Shown: positions 10,991-22,442, counted from the first letter of the whole stretch. The stretch is 63,042 nt of DNA, filler included, from Globobulimina sp. (GCA_003354225.1; 22 parts of 22 records of this genome joined end to end with filler, not necessarily neighbours in it), one strand, 5' to 3'. The notes: generated from the sequence alone by a model not told the origin. Made by a program: numbers and translations.

Positions 10991-11020
10991 GAAGTGAAGT
11001 GAAGTGAAGTGAAGTGAAGT
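10991..11020 (+). repeat. (GAAGT)6 microsatellite
   Basis: Read directly from the sequence. Confidence 0.95.
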
Positions 11021-11797
11021 ATTTTTGCCAATTTGCAATGTTTTCAATGGCGATAATTGCTGATAATATTCATTGTATAATGTAATGTTTTCGTTATTAT
11101 TGTTAACTGGCTATCCTTGCACAAATATTATTGTTTCAAAAAAAACAAAACAAATTATATACATGATTATAAAATCAATTACTAGTATGGTTGGTCGCCA
11201 TGCTCACTAACCATTAATTTTCAGATAAATTACAAAAGTTTTTTTTTCTTTAATTATCAAAGCGTTAATTGATGAAATGAACTAAAAGCAAAAACTCTAA
11301 TGGAATAAAATCAACACTATATATTGTTGTATGTTTTTTTCTAGATAAGGGGTTGTTCTTATATTGCGCAATATAAATTGGACCTANNNNNNNNNNNNNN
11401 NNNNNNNNNNNNNNNNNNNNNNNNNNNNNNTTAATTAATTAANNNNNNNNNNNNNNNNNNNNNNNNNNNNNNNNNNNNNNNNNNNNATTATCTTAAAACC
11501 AAAAAACAAACAGAAAATTAGCAATTCAGACAAAACCACACCACGCCACACACGCAAAACCTATCATGTTTTAATCCCTTTTACTTAAATAATATATTTC
11601 TGTTTTTAAATTTAATTAAAAAAATTATCTAAGTATACAATGATAAAAAAAATTAATAAATCTGCCAATTAATAGAAAAACGTAAAATATAAAATATGAT
11701 AAAACACACAGTTAAATAGCATTGCAATTTACACAAAAAAAACAATACAGCACATATACAGTCTGAATGTTACAATGAATTGCATGAAATACAAAAT

Positions 11798-14257
11798 TCA
11801 GTGATCAAAAGATGAATGATATCGTTGCATCCAATACCAATGGAATTTTTTTGTCGAAGTATCAGATTTTTTTTGATTTTTTTTATCATGAAATGGGGAT
11901 TCATATAAAGAGGAAGTAGAAAAGATAGGTTTTGCGGTGGTATATGGTTTTTTGTACAGATTTGAATCTAAACTTTTATGTTTTTTGCTTCTGTGATCAG
12001 TTACGTGATAATAATATACCATGACATCAACACATAACTCACCATTCAATTCATCATCAAAATCATTCGCTTTCTCAAATAAAATATCACTCCAATAAAT
12101 ACGTAAAATATCCCCAGCTTCAACATTAACAAATTTCTTCTCATTTGAATCCATAAAATGTAATTTATAATTTGTCACAGATTGCTGTGACAAACAATAC
12201 ATTGTCTCATCTTTAATGGAATGGCTAAAGGGTGAATACTGCGGTATGTTGGTGATATTATTACAATTCGCATCGTATCCATATGTATGAAGATTTGGAT
12301 ATAATAATTGCAGCTTATCATCGGTGATATGGATACAAAACAAATCAAGCATTTCATTGATGCCCCAATTCGTTTTTATGGCGTGTGCATTCTCGTAAAT
12401 ACCACCAGAGGAATAGCTCAATGTGATGCCATGTATGTGGCCAGAATATGGTACGATGAATGTGCCGTATTGTGGATAGTCAGAGTCGTCGTTGTGTGCA
12501 GTGGCAAAGCATACATCTACTGCCACTAAGATGTCATGTCGCTTTTTAGATGAATAGGCACTCTTTGATCTTGGTTTTGATTTTGCTGTGGGTTTTTTGG
12601 TCGGCCATGTTGTTGCGTTTGGTTTTGCTGTGGGTTTCTTTGTTGGCAGTGGCCATGTTGGCGTTGCGTTGGGCACCGCAGTTGGGAATGCAACAGGAAA
12701 TGATGTGGGAACCGCAAAGGGAAATGCTGAAAGTGCATGAATGAAAATGTGAATGGAATGTATTTAGTTATTTTATAGTACAAAACTTGAGGGAGAGGCT
12801 GTGGGCGAAGGTGTAGGGACATCTGTGGGTGTTGGTGTTGGGTGACAGGTTGGAGCAGGTGTCGGTGGATAGGTTGTTGATGATGGAATTGGCGCATCTG
12901 TAGGAAAAGCTGTTGGAGTGTGTGATGGTGCGGATGTTGGATGCATTGATGGTGCATTGCTTGGTTTATCAGTTGGTGGTGTTTCTGATGGCGCGGATGG
13001 TGTCTGTATAGAAGGAGCTATTGAGGGTGTGGTTGTGGTTGTGTTTGTCGGGGAGTATGTCGGAGTCAATGAAGGTGATATGGGTATATTTGTAGGCGTA
13101 TTTGATGGGGATGATGATGGTGCTTCGCTTGAGTTATCAGTAGAGGATGATGGAGAGTTTGATGGTGTGTTGGTAGGTGATTGAGATGGTTGGTTGGTCG
13201 GAGCATTAGATGGTGAATTTGTAGTTGGTATAAATTGTGGACTGTGTGTTGGTGGTACGCTTGGACTAATCGATGGTGTGTTAGTTGGAGGGAATGATGG
13301 TGTATTTGTTGGCGATAATGTAGGAGCAAATGAAGGTACATTTGTGGGTGTCATTGTTGGCATATTTGTGGGTGAGACGCTTGGACTCATGGATGGTGTA
13401 TTTGTGGGAGGAATTGTAGGTGAACGCGTGGGGTTATTTGTAGGGGATATAGTCAGTGCATTGGATGGTGGCGTTGTAGGGTTATTTGTTGGAGGTATGG
13501 TAGTTGGAGATAATGATGGTGTATTTGTAGGGCTTTCTATTGGCGATTGTGTGGGAGGATTGGTTGGATTGTCCAAAGGTGTATCTGACGGTGTATCTGT
13601 TGGGTTTGCAGTTGGATTAGTTGTAGTTGGTATAAATTGGGGACTGTGTGTTGGTGTAACAGAAGGTGAAAATGATGGTGTTACCGATGGGCTGTATGTG
13701 GGGTTTATAGAAGGTGAGATTGATGGCGTATTTGTTGGTGAGAATGTCGGTGATATGCTAGGTTTGTTTGTTGGCGATGAAGATGGCTGTATAGTAGGTG
13801 GTGTTGACGGGGTATTTGTTGGTGAAAATGTCGGTGATGTACTAGGTGTATTTGTTGGTGCATTTGATGGTGATATGCTAGGTTTCTTTGTTGGCGATGA
13901 AGTCGGCTCTATAGTAGGTGGTGTTGATGGTGTATTTGTTGGCGAAAATGTCGGCGATGTGCTTGGATAATCAGTAGGCGACACGCTTGGACTCATAGAT
14001 GGCGTATTTGTGGGTGGAACTGTAGGTGTAAACGTGGGGTTATTTGTAGGGGATACAGTCGGTGCATTCGACGGTGAAATTGTAGGCTTATTTGTTGGGG
14101 GTGTGGTAGGTGCAAATGTTGGTGAAATGGTAGGCGACAATGTAGGCGCTGTAGAAGGTGGTAACTTTGGTGATATACTGGGCGTATTTGTAGTAGAGTC
14201 TGTGGCCGATAACGATCGACATTGTGTATATTCCGGATGTTGTGGAGATCGTATAGC
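11798..14257 (-). CDS. 5'-partial Pro/Thr/Ser-rich (PTxxP) mucin-like extracellular protein with globular C-terminal domain (intron 12727-12786)
   Basis: More than 450 aa of PTxSP/PTNTP repeats; a 60-nt GT-AG intron joins ORF 12773-14140 in frame to ORF 11798-12676. Confidence 0.8.
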
Positions 14258-14357
14258 NNNNNNNNNNNNNNNNNNNNNNNNNNNNNNNNNNNNNNNNNNN
14301 NTTAATTAATTAANNNNNNNNNNNNNNNNNNNNNNNNNNNNNNNNNNNNNNNNNNNN

Positions 14358-14535
14358 ATATAAAATCGTGGTCTTACCAGCTGCATCACGGCCTAACATT
14401 AAAATGCGCATTGATTGTTTTCCTACTATTTTCTCAATTGCTTATTATTTTTGTTTTGTGTATAATAGTGTAATGATTAAAACCTGCAATTACGTGGATT
14501 TATAAAAGACTACCTCTGGCGAAAAAAGAACCCAT
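14358..14535 (-). CDS. ARF: ARF-family small GTPase, 3'-partial (exons 14514-14535 and 14358-14440); not in the ORF track
   Basis: The spliced product [35 protein letters not shown] matches the ARF N-terminus (myristoylated Gly2, MRILM.[12 protein letters not shown]). Confidence 0.85.
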
Positions 14536-14642
14536 TTCGTATTGGATAGAGTTTAGTTGGTCAGAAGAAGAAACGAGATGCAAATTAATGAGTTGAGAGT
14601 AAAGTGTTGAGAAAAAACTGCAAACTTTAGCCAGAGCAAACC

Positions 14643-17088
14643 ATGCAAACTATAAAGTTAGTCATTGTCGGTGACGGTGCTGTTGGAAGTTTCGTTTATA
14701 CCACCATTTATTAGTATTTTTTTTAATGGTTATCTACATTCCACAGAATCATGTTTATGCATTAGTTACACCACAAACTCATTTCCATCCGATTACGTAC
14801 CAACCGTTTTTGATAATTATGCAGCAAATGTAATGATTGATGGTAAACCCATCCAATTAGGCTTATGGGATACTGCAGGTTACTTTTTTATTGTTATATT
14901 ACACATTGTTTAATTATTCTTCTTAACACTGCATACAGGCCAAGAAGACTATGATCGTCTACGTCCATTATCGTACCCACAAACAGATGTATTTCTAGTT
15001 TGTTATTCAATAATTTCCCGCTCCTCCTTCGAAAACATAGCAACCAAATGGTTACCAGAGATCGTGCATCATTGCCCCGACGTTCCCTTCATTTTAACTG
15101 CTCTTAAAACAGATTTAAGAAACAATCAGGATGTATTAAACAAAATTGATGCCCCATTGACTGCCCACGATGGCGAGACATTAGCCAAACAAATCGGTGC
15201 TGCCGCCTACGTCGAATGTAGTTCTCTCACTCAACATGGCGTCAAAAACGTTTTTGATGTCGCTCTCCGTGCCGCATTAAACAAAGCATCGAGTCCGAAA
15301 AAGAAATCAGGCGGCTTTGGATTGAGCGCTTTTTTTGGCGGTGGTAAAGGCAGTAAAAATAACAAAAAAAAGGCACGCAACGAGCCTGGCAAACCATTGC
15401 CGCCAGACATGCCAGTTCCGACTGTGGGTCATGCCCCGTGGTTAAATATAGCGACTGCGCGGATCGGTGAGGACTGGAAGAAATTGGTAAACAATCAGCA
15501 TTTACATGATGTTCGCTTTGATTTTATGAAATTTGATGGCGGAGTGAATAGTTTGGGCGGCAATGTATGTACAGATTCGTTGTATGCACATTCGTATATT
15601 TTAGGCTGTGCTTGGGATATTTTTAATGCTTTATTCGATTTCCCAGATCGAGATATGAAGAGATTGTTAAATAAGGAACGGAATATATCGTATTTGGACG
15701 ACTGGGATTGGGATACAATAAATGATAAAGATATTGGTAAGGAAGGCATTCATGGATTTACCGCCATTCGTAAAGCATCGGAGAATGATAAAAACGCAAT
15801 GAATGAAGGTGTTGGTTTGGATGGCAGTGCGGAGGTAATTATTATTGAGATAAATGGAGATGTTTTATCGCGCAAAATGATGTTATATATGCTACAGTTT
15901 GTGTATGCCGGTCGTTGTAAAGTAAAATTAAGTGAAACGGGGAAGTTATCGGAGATTGCCAGTACGTTGTTGTTGGATGAATTGTGTACGTATTGTGGGA
16001 ATATGCAAACCTTTGCCAATCAAATCGATGAATGTAAAGTTATGAATAATAGTATTACGAGTTATTGGTTGGATGCATCTGCCGAGATTTATAAGGAAAT
16101 ATTGTATGATCGGGCGTATAAATATGATATTATTATAAAAACGATATCAAAACCAAAATCAAAAGCAAATCAAGCCGCTCAGGTGTGTGTTTGCAAAATG
16201 TATGAAAGTTTTGCATTTTCAGCGTAAGTGTGGATGCTTAAGTTTTTTTTTTCAGTTAAAGCCTAAGCATGGCATTCATGCAAATAGCTGAACACAATCC
16301 ACTCACTACATAAATTGCATACATTTTTGTACAAAATAAAGCCTGGGAAATTAATTTATGAAACACCAGATGCAAAGGATGATAAACCAACGGCAGAAGG
16401 TGATAATGATGAAAAACAAGAAGAAAAAGCGATTGATGAAGACGAGGATGATGAAAATGACGGTGAATTCAGGGCACATCAAATAGTTCCATGGTGTCGA
16501 TGTGATGTATTCCAAGCAATGTTAAACAACAACAATTTTAAGGATATAATATTTCATGATATAAAATCAAAAGCATTTGGTGTGTTTTTAGAATATTTGT
16601 ATACCGATCATGCGCAGATTGAGGATGACATTGTAATGGACTTATTAACATTTAGTAATTTGATGCGTGAATCTCGTTTAATTTCATGGTGCGAATATTT
16701 AATGAGCAAAGTGATTGAGAGGGCCGTCGAACAAAGCATTGACAAGGCAGACTTGGATATTATTGGCTTATTACTCACCGCACAAAAACATAATGCTAAA
16801 CAACTGGAGAAGTTTTTATTGCATTTTATTTGCACGAATTATGTGCCAATGCGTAAAAAAAAAGAATATAAGTTGTTGAAAGGGAATAATTTAAAGTATA
16901 TTGAGAAAAACAGATGGCCTCCAAAATGGTATGAAGATGAACTTGTTAAATATCAAAAAGAGTTAAAAGAATGGAATCAGAAACATGGCAAAAATGAGAA
17001 TGTTGGTGGGGTGTTTGCAGCGTTTGGGAAAAATAAAGATAACCAAAATGATGAAAAAAAAGAAAATGATGACTGTCTAATCATGTAA
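14643..17088 (+). CDS. RHOBTB: RhoBTB-type protein: Rac-like GTPase, Pro-rich linker, two BTB domains, C-terminal CaaX (introns 14689-14746, 14879-14938, 16183-16341)
   Basis: Spliced [63 protein letters not shown] motifs [23 protein letters not shown] and [15 protein letters not shown]; ends CLIM*. Confidence 0.9.
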
Positions 17089-17229
17089 TAATTTTGTTTT
17101 TGTTGATATTTTGTTGTTGTGGTTTAGCNNNNNNNNNNNNNNNNNNNNNNNNNNNNNNNNNNNNNNNNNNNNTTAATTAATTAANNNNNNNNNNNNNNNN
17201 NNNNNNNNNNNNNNNNNNNNNNNNNNNNT

Positions 17230-17871
17230 GATGCGACGGTGCATGGTAACTGTGAATGGTATATTATGGGTGATATGAAGCTTCCGAATGTGGATAAATT
17301 GGAGCTACATTGTACTGAAATGGGACTGGATTATAATGGATAGGTAGATGGGGAGAATGAGGAAGTTTATTTTGATGTGGAGTTGCCGTGCCGGATGGTT
17401 TATGTTTATTTTTTGAGGGCAATAGCATGCAAAGTGAATGATGCATTTCAAGAGATTATACAGAATTTGTTCGGAGACTGGGTGTCGAGCGCAAAAATTA
17501 AAGGTGACAGCAGGATGCACGATAAACTGGACACGAATTATAAAGATAAGAAAATGCCAAAAGGAGCTCATATATTGGATGTTGTTCGATGTTTGATATC
17601 ATGTCCAACAACACAGGATGTTATTGCTGTGTATCGAAAATGTTGCGCCGCATTTACAGTGGTGAGAGTTAAGAATGGCTTTGCTTTGGATGCCGATGTT
17701 GAGTTTGGATATAGAACTGTGTTTGTCAATGTGTTGTATGAATCAAAGGACGGTAAAACGAGGCATATTTGTGAGATTCAAATAACGCTGGATCAAGTAG
17801 TGCATGTACGGCATTATATGCATATGTTTTATAAGTTTAGACGGGCGCAAGAACCCGAGAACTTATTATGA
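17230..17871 (+). CDS. 5'-partial protein with RelA/SpoT synthetase-like nucleotidyltransferase domain (in-frame TAG at 17341-17343)
   Basis: KIKGDSRMHDK, LDVVRC, VRVKNGF, GYRTVFVN, ICEIQ and H.FY..RR occur in the order of the RelA_SpoT Syn motifs. Confidence 0.65.
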
Positions 17872-18044
17872 ACATTACCATCTATTCATGATCAGTTGTG
17901 ATCGATCTAATTGATCGAGCAGAAGTTTATTAAAATCGAAAACTTTTTAATTTTCAAAATTTCAACCATGAAACGACTGCTTACCAAATCAGCCTATAAA
18001 CAAATTTCAAGAAACCACTCGTTTCAGTTGTCAGTTTTTTTTAA

Positions 18045-19997
18045 TTAATCACAACTACATTTCCCGTGGGAGAAGATATGCTTTCCATTGCGATCAAAAC
18101 ATGTAATAGTTTGATTAAAATATTTCGACATAGCAGCAAAAAATGAATGACAATCTTTGCACATTTTGAGTGAAATTGCAATTGAAATATCAATGTTATT
18201 ATTACTTTTTTCATGCAATAATATGGCTAATGCTTTTTTCTCAGAATGGTATTTTAAATGCAATTCACGCGTTTTTTTATTTGTTAGAGATCCAATAAGC
18301 ACTGAATTATCAATTAAATAATTACTTTCTTTCATTAATTGATGAACTTTATCCACTGATTTAAATTTACATTGATGATCAATTCCATTTTGTATAATCC
18401 ATTCTTTTCCATTTAATTCAAACATTGCAATTATATTACTTTCCAATTTTGATTCATTGATAGTTGGTTTTTGCAACAAATCCCACAAATATTTTTGAAA
18501 TTTACTGTCAATATTCTCGCAATTCAAAAATAAGGTTATTACTTCATATAACTGTAAATTATTTATATCAAAATGCATGAATTTATCCTCATCATTATTG
18601 GCAAAAATAATACAATTTCGATTATTCCTTTCCATGTTTATACATTGATTATTAACATAAGATTTGCAAAGAGAACATTGATACAAATACGAATTCGAAT
18701 GAATAATATCTAAAATATGTTGCATTCTTTCATTTCTATTTTCAGATTTAAGTAAAATATTTAATGCAGCAATATCGTGAGTAATTGTGTTATTTCTCAG
18801 TGTGATCTTATTATAAATCAACCACATTTCATTTAATTTATTAACGTTTGCTAAACCTTTTAAAATTTGATGAAATTCAACTGGCGATGCTTGTAACTCA
18901 TTTATCATATTTCTGTCAGCTACGATATCATTTATTAATTTATTAAACATCTCATTACAATGCACATTATCATATTTTGACAATGCTAAAATAGCAATAC
19001 AGTAACACTTTAAATCTGGTTTAACGCCCAATTTATTCACAACTTCATTCCAAACATTATAAATAAATGGAAACGTTTGTTGTTGCTTATGATATTGGTA
19101 ATATTTCGATGTTCTATGAATACAAATAAGTAACAATTCTAATGTCCGACTGTTAAATAACGAGCCAGCAGAATATTTATTGTTATTTAAAATATTTTCG
19201 ACATTCTGAGTCTGTCCCATTCTTTTAAAGTTTTCAAATAATGCTGTTAATGTGTATGGATTTGAGTTATTTCTTGAATTGATACTCACTTTGAAATATT
19301 CGTTGTTATAAAATATCAGCGCTGCCTCAATTGCACCATTATTTATATATCCTTTCATTACTTTTGCAACACTCAATATATCATTGATATTCCTCTCATT
19401 CATTTCATTGTAAATACTGATCATCTCAGAAATGTTCCTTTCGCCCACAAACATTCCATAAAAATCAATCAATATATTTGATAAATGATAATAATCATCA
19501 TTCAGACAAAAGGAATTTTCTTTTTCTTTTCTGACAGCGATTGCAGTATGAATTTCTTTGCCTTTTTCAAAATTACCATTTAAAAGACATGCTTTCATGG
19601 CTGAGATAAAAGTAACAATATTCCGTATGGAAATATCTGTTTCTTCATATAATGACAATGCATTGTCTGCCAATTTATTATCGATCAAAACAGTCATCAT
19701 TGCATTTATTATGATAATATCATTATTATTACAGGACATAAATAGTTTTTGTGCAGTATTGACATCACCAAAATGGCCATAAAACCCAATCAAACACGTT
19801 TTTAATTGAATGGAAACAGAATCGATCAAATGTTCAAAATAATTATGAATCTCTTGCCCTTTTTCAAAATTATTGCATTCAATGCATGCTTTTAATACTA
19901 ACACATTAATTATATCATTATTCAATGTTTTATATTCAAAATAATCATACATTGTTAACATTTGTTGATAACATTTATTATTTAATAAGGTTTGCAG
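18045..19997 (-). CDS. 5'-partial PLS-class PPR protein with C-terminal DYW cytidine-deaminase domain
   Basis: L/S/P-like PPR motifs (VLKACIECNNFEKGQEIH; LIGFYGHFGDVNTAQKLF; INAMMT..ADNALSLYEE; TFISAMKAC..FEKGKEIH). DYW block MKESNYLID..LKYHSEKKALA..SLKMCKDCHSFF..D.NGKHIFSHGKCSCD*. Frame is open to the contig end. Confidence 0.9.
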   Translation of the reverse strand: MQTLLNNKCYQQMLTMYDYFEYKTLNNDIINVLVLKACIECNNFEKGQEIHNYFEHLIDSVSIQLKTCLIGFYGHFGDVNTAQKLFMSCNNNDIIIINAMMTVLIDNKLADNALSLYEETDISIRNIVTFISAMKACLLNGNFEKGKEIHTAIAVRKEKENSFCLNDDYYHLSNILIDFYGMFVGERNISEMISIYNEMNERNINDILSVAKVMKGYINNGAIEAALIFYNNEYFKVSINSRNNSNPYTLTALFENFKRMGQTQNVENILNNNKYSAGSLFNSRTLELLLICIHRTSKYYQYHKQQQTFPFIYNVWNEVVNKLGVKPDLKCYCIAILALSKYDNVHCNEMFNKLINDIVADRNMINELQASPVEFHQILKGLANVNKLNEMWLIYNKITLRNNTITHDIAALNILLKSENRNERMQHILDIIHSNSYLYQCSLCKSYVNNQCINMERNNRNCIIFANNDEDKFMHFDINNLQLYEVITLFLNCENIDSKFQKYLWDLLQKPTINESKLESNIIAMFELNGKEWIIQNGIDHQCKFKSVDKVHQLMKESNYLIDNSVLIGSLTNKKTRELHLKYHSEKKALAILLHEKSNNNIDISIAISLKMCKDCHSFFAAMSKYFNQTITCFDRNGKHIFSHGKCSCD

Positions 19998-20612
19998 AAN
20001 NNNNNNNNNNNNNNNNNNNNNNNNNNNNNNNNNNNNNNNNNNNTTAATTAATTAANNNNNNNNNNNNNNNNNNNNNNNNNNNNNNNNNNNNNNNNNNNNG
20101 TTAGTGATTGGATTTGTATGTTTTCATGCCTTGTTAGCGTATTGTTATTGTTTTAGAAATAAAAAACAAATTACATCTCAAGATTTTATTAATTAATTTA
20201 GAATTATCTCTATTATCTCTACTATCTCTATTTTTCCTTTATATAATTGATTATTGTATTATTGAATTAATTAATTTTTCATTATTTATGTTTCTTCGAA
20301 AATTTGCATGTTCGTTCGTGTTACACCTTATACTATACTGAGGATGGTGGCAAGTCCTGGGGTCAGCACAAAGAATATCATCCTATGTTTGCCAACAAAA
20401 GCTCATTTCCGATATTAAAAACATTGATAAAGACAAAATTAAATATTTATAATATATTATATATTCTATACTCAAAATCGTTTTTTTCCAAAACAAGTTT
20501 GTTTTTTTTTGTTTCCAAACCTTGAAAACACTCTGAATCTGATATTCGGCAGTCGGCACAAAATAATTATAACAATTAAGAACCTCTTATTGGCTGTTTG
20601 CCATTTGTCGTT

Positions 20613-22123
20613 TTACTCAGAGCTAGTCATCAAAAATGTGTCATTATCAGGAACAACAAGATTTAGATTATCCGTAGCTTGAATTGTAACCAATAAATAA
20701 TCCATAACAATGACAGCTACCTCATCTCCAAACTTATCAACCAATAACTTCCAATAAAATGGAATCTTCATTGCATTAAAATAATGCAAAATAAGATAAG
20801 CTATGTCCGAACCAAATTTGTCATTTACGATGTTCTTAATCAACGGATACAATGTCATTTGAAAATATCTCTCTTTAATTAACGTATCAACTCCATGGTT
20901 TTCCTCCGCATCATCAGAACAGAAAAAGCGTTCAATATTCGGTAATAAATGCCATAAAATATACTCTTCGCAAGCCACATAATACAATAAAATGAACCAA
21001 ATACACAACAAACTCACATAAACCATCCACATTATCACTTGGAATGTATCAATATCCACAAATAAAACAACACCATTTGTATATAAGTACAACGCAATAA
21101 ACAGCGGCATTAAAATATGCCACATCCTCGAAACAAGATAAATCGGTAAAAAAATATAGGTCAATATCCAACACGTACCAACAGAAATAAATTGATACAC
21201 CGAAGCATTTATATGTTCCTGTTTGAATTCCCATAGCGGCCCACTATAAAATTCATAATAAAACGCCCTCAAAATCCGCGGATCTCTCTCTTCACTTCGT
21301 TTCCGATGTTGTGACCTATAATCATGCCCTTCATTTATCGCATTTGTCCTTTTAAAAGACACATTATACAGAATTAAATTTAAAACTGATTATTAATAAT
21401 ATATAAATACGTATAAAAATACCTCAATTGTTTGAATGAAACATTTTTAAATTGCGTTTTCGCATTTTTCTGCAGAAACATATGAAAATGTGCATTATAA
21501 ATGTTATCCCATTTGCTATCATCTTCCTCCTCCTCCTCCTCCTCCTCTTCCCCATTATTTTTATTTTTCGGATGTTTATCCATCATCACTTGGTTCAAGA
21601 CGCATATTTTCTGGATTTTATCCCTATTATCTGCACTATTTAAAATCCAATTAATTTGTTTAGAAAAGAATTGTTTTCCGGTGCGATTATACGGCAATCT
21701 CTCGCCGGTGGCCTGCCATATAATCATTAGCCCAAACCACCAATTATTGAGAATCTGCATCGTGATGAAGGTCATAGTTAGGCCGATAATCCATAATATT
21801 GAGATGCCAATAAATGCGCAACAAAAGGAGCGCGGCGATGATGCCAATGCTCGTAAATTCCAATAAATATAAATTCCGAGAGAGCCAATCAGAGCAAAGG
21901 GGGTGACACATATTACAAACTCATAAAAATATATCTGACGAATAATTAAGAAATATGCTTGATAGCGTTGTTGCTGTTGTATATGTATTGGTGTATAAAA
22001 AGCAAATGAGACCATTAATTCTAACATGTTATGGATACGTTTTCTTAAATCACTTTGGTTGAACATATTCATTGTATAATTAATATTTCTTAATTTGCAA
22101 AATATTCTTCTTATTATTCTCAT
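20613..22123 (-). CDS. Hypothetical multi-pass membrane protein (intron 21349-21422)
   Basis: A 74-nt GT-AG intron joins two hydrophobic ORFs in frame (KQLR|TNAI). The start codon is uncertain. Confidence 0.6.
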
Positions 22124-22372
22124 TTTTTAACTTATTTTTGAATTTATTCCATGAAATTAAACATTCAATATTTGATTATTAAAAAAAGCCATTAAATTAT
22201 CGTATAATTCTCGACGAAATAAAAGCAATATTATATTTTCTCAATATGTTATCATGTCTGGCTCTTTTCATCTCATTCCAACATTCATTTAGTCTGCTTA
22301 TCACGAAATACATTTTCCTTTCATTCTCAAAATCAGTTATTTAATTCATTATTTTCGTTTTTGTTTCGTTTG

Positions 22373-22442
22373 GGATCGCCTCAGGATTTGAACCTGAATC
22401 TTCTGGCCACCAATTCCAGTGCTCTTCTTGAGCTAAGCGACA
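22373..22442 (-). pseudogene. Degenerate tRNA-like sequence (possible anticodon TGG) or tRNA-derived SINE head
   Basis: The minus strand reads TGTCGCT TA GCTC AAGAA GAGC A CTGG..TTGG..CCAG AAGAT TCAGG TTCAAAT CCTGA GGCGATC. The T-arm/B-box is perfect, but the D-loop is short and lacks GG, and the anticodon arm is imperfect. Confidence 0.55.

Noticed and set aside
12918-14309. Gly/Val-rich plus-strand ORFs (12918, 13194, 14010) and the similar minus ORF 6058-6519
   Set aside because: They are antisense shadows of Pro/Thr repeat coding sequence.
17230-19997. Functional coupling of the RelA/SpoT-like gene and the PPR-DYW gene
   Set aside because: They are convergent neighbours in a gene-dense eukaryotic genome, with no evidence beyond adjacency.
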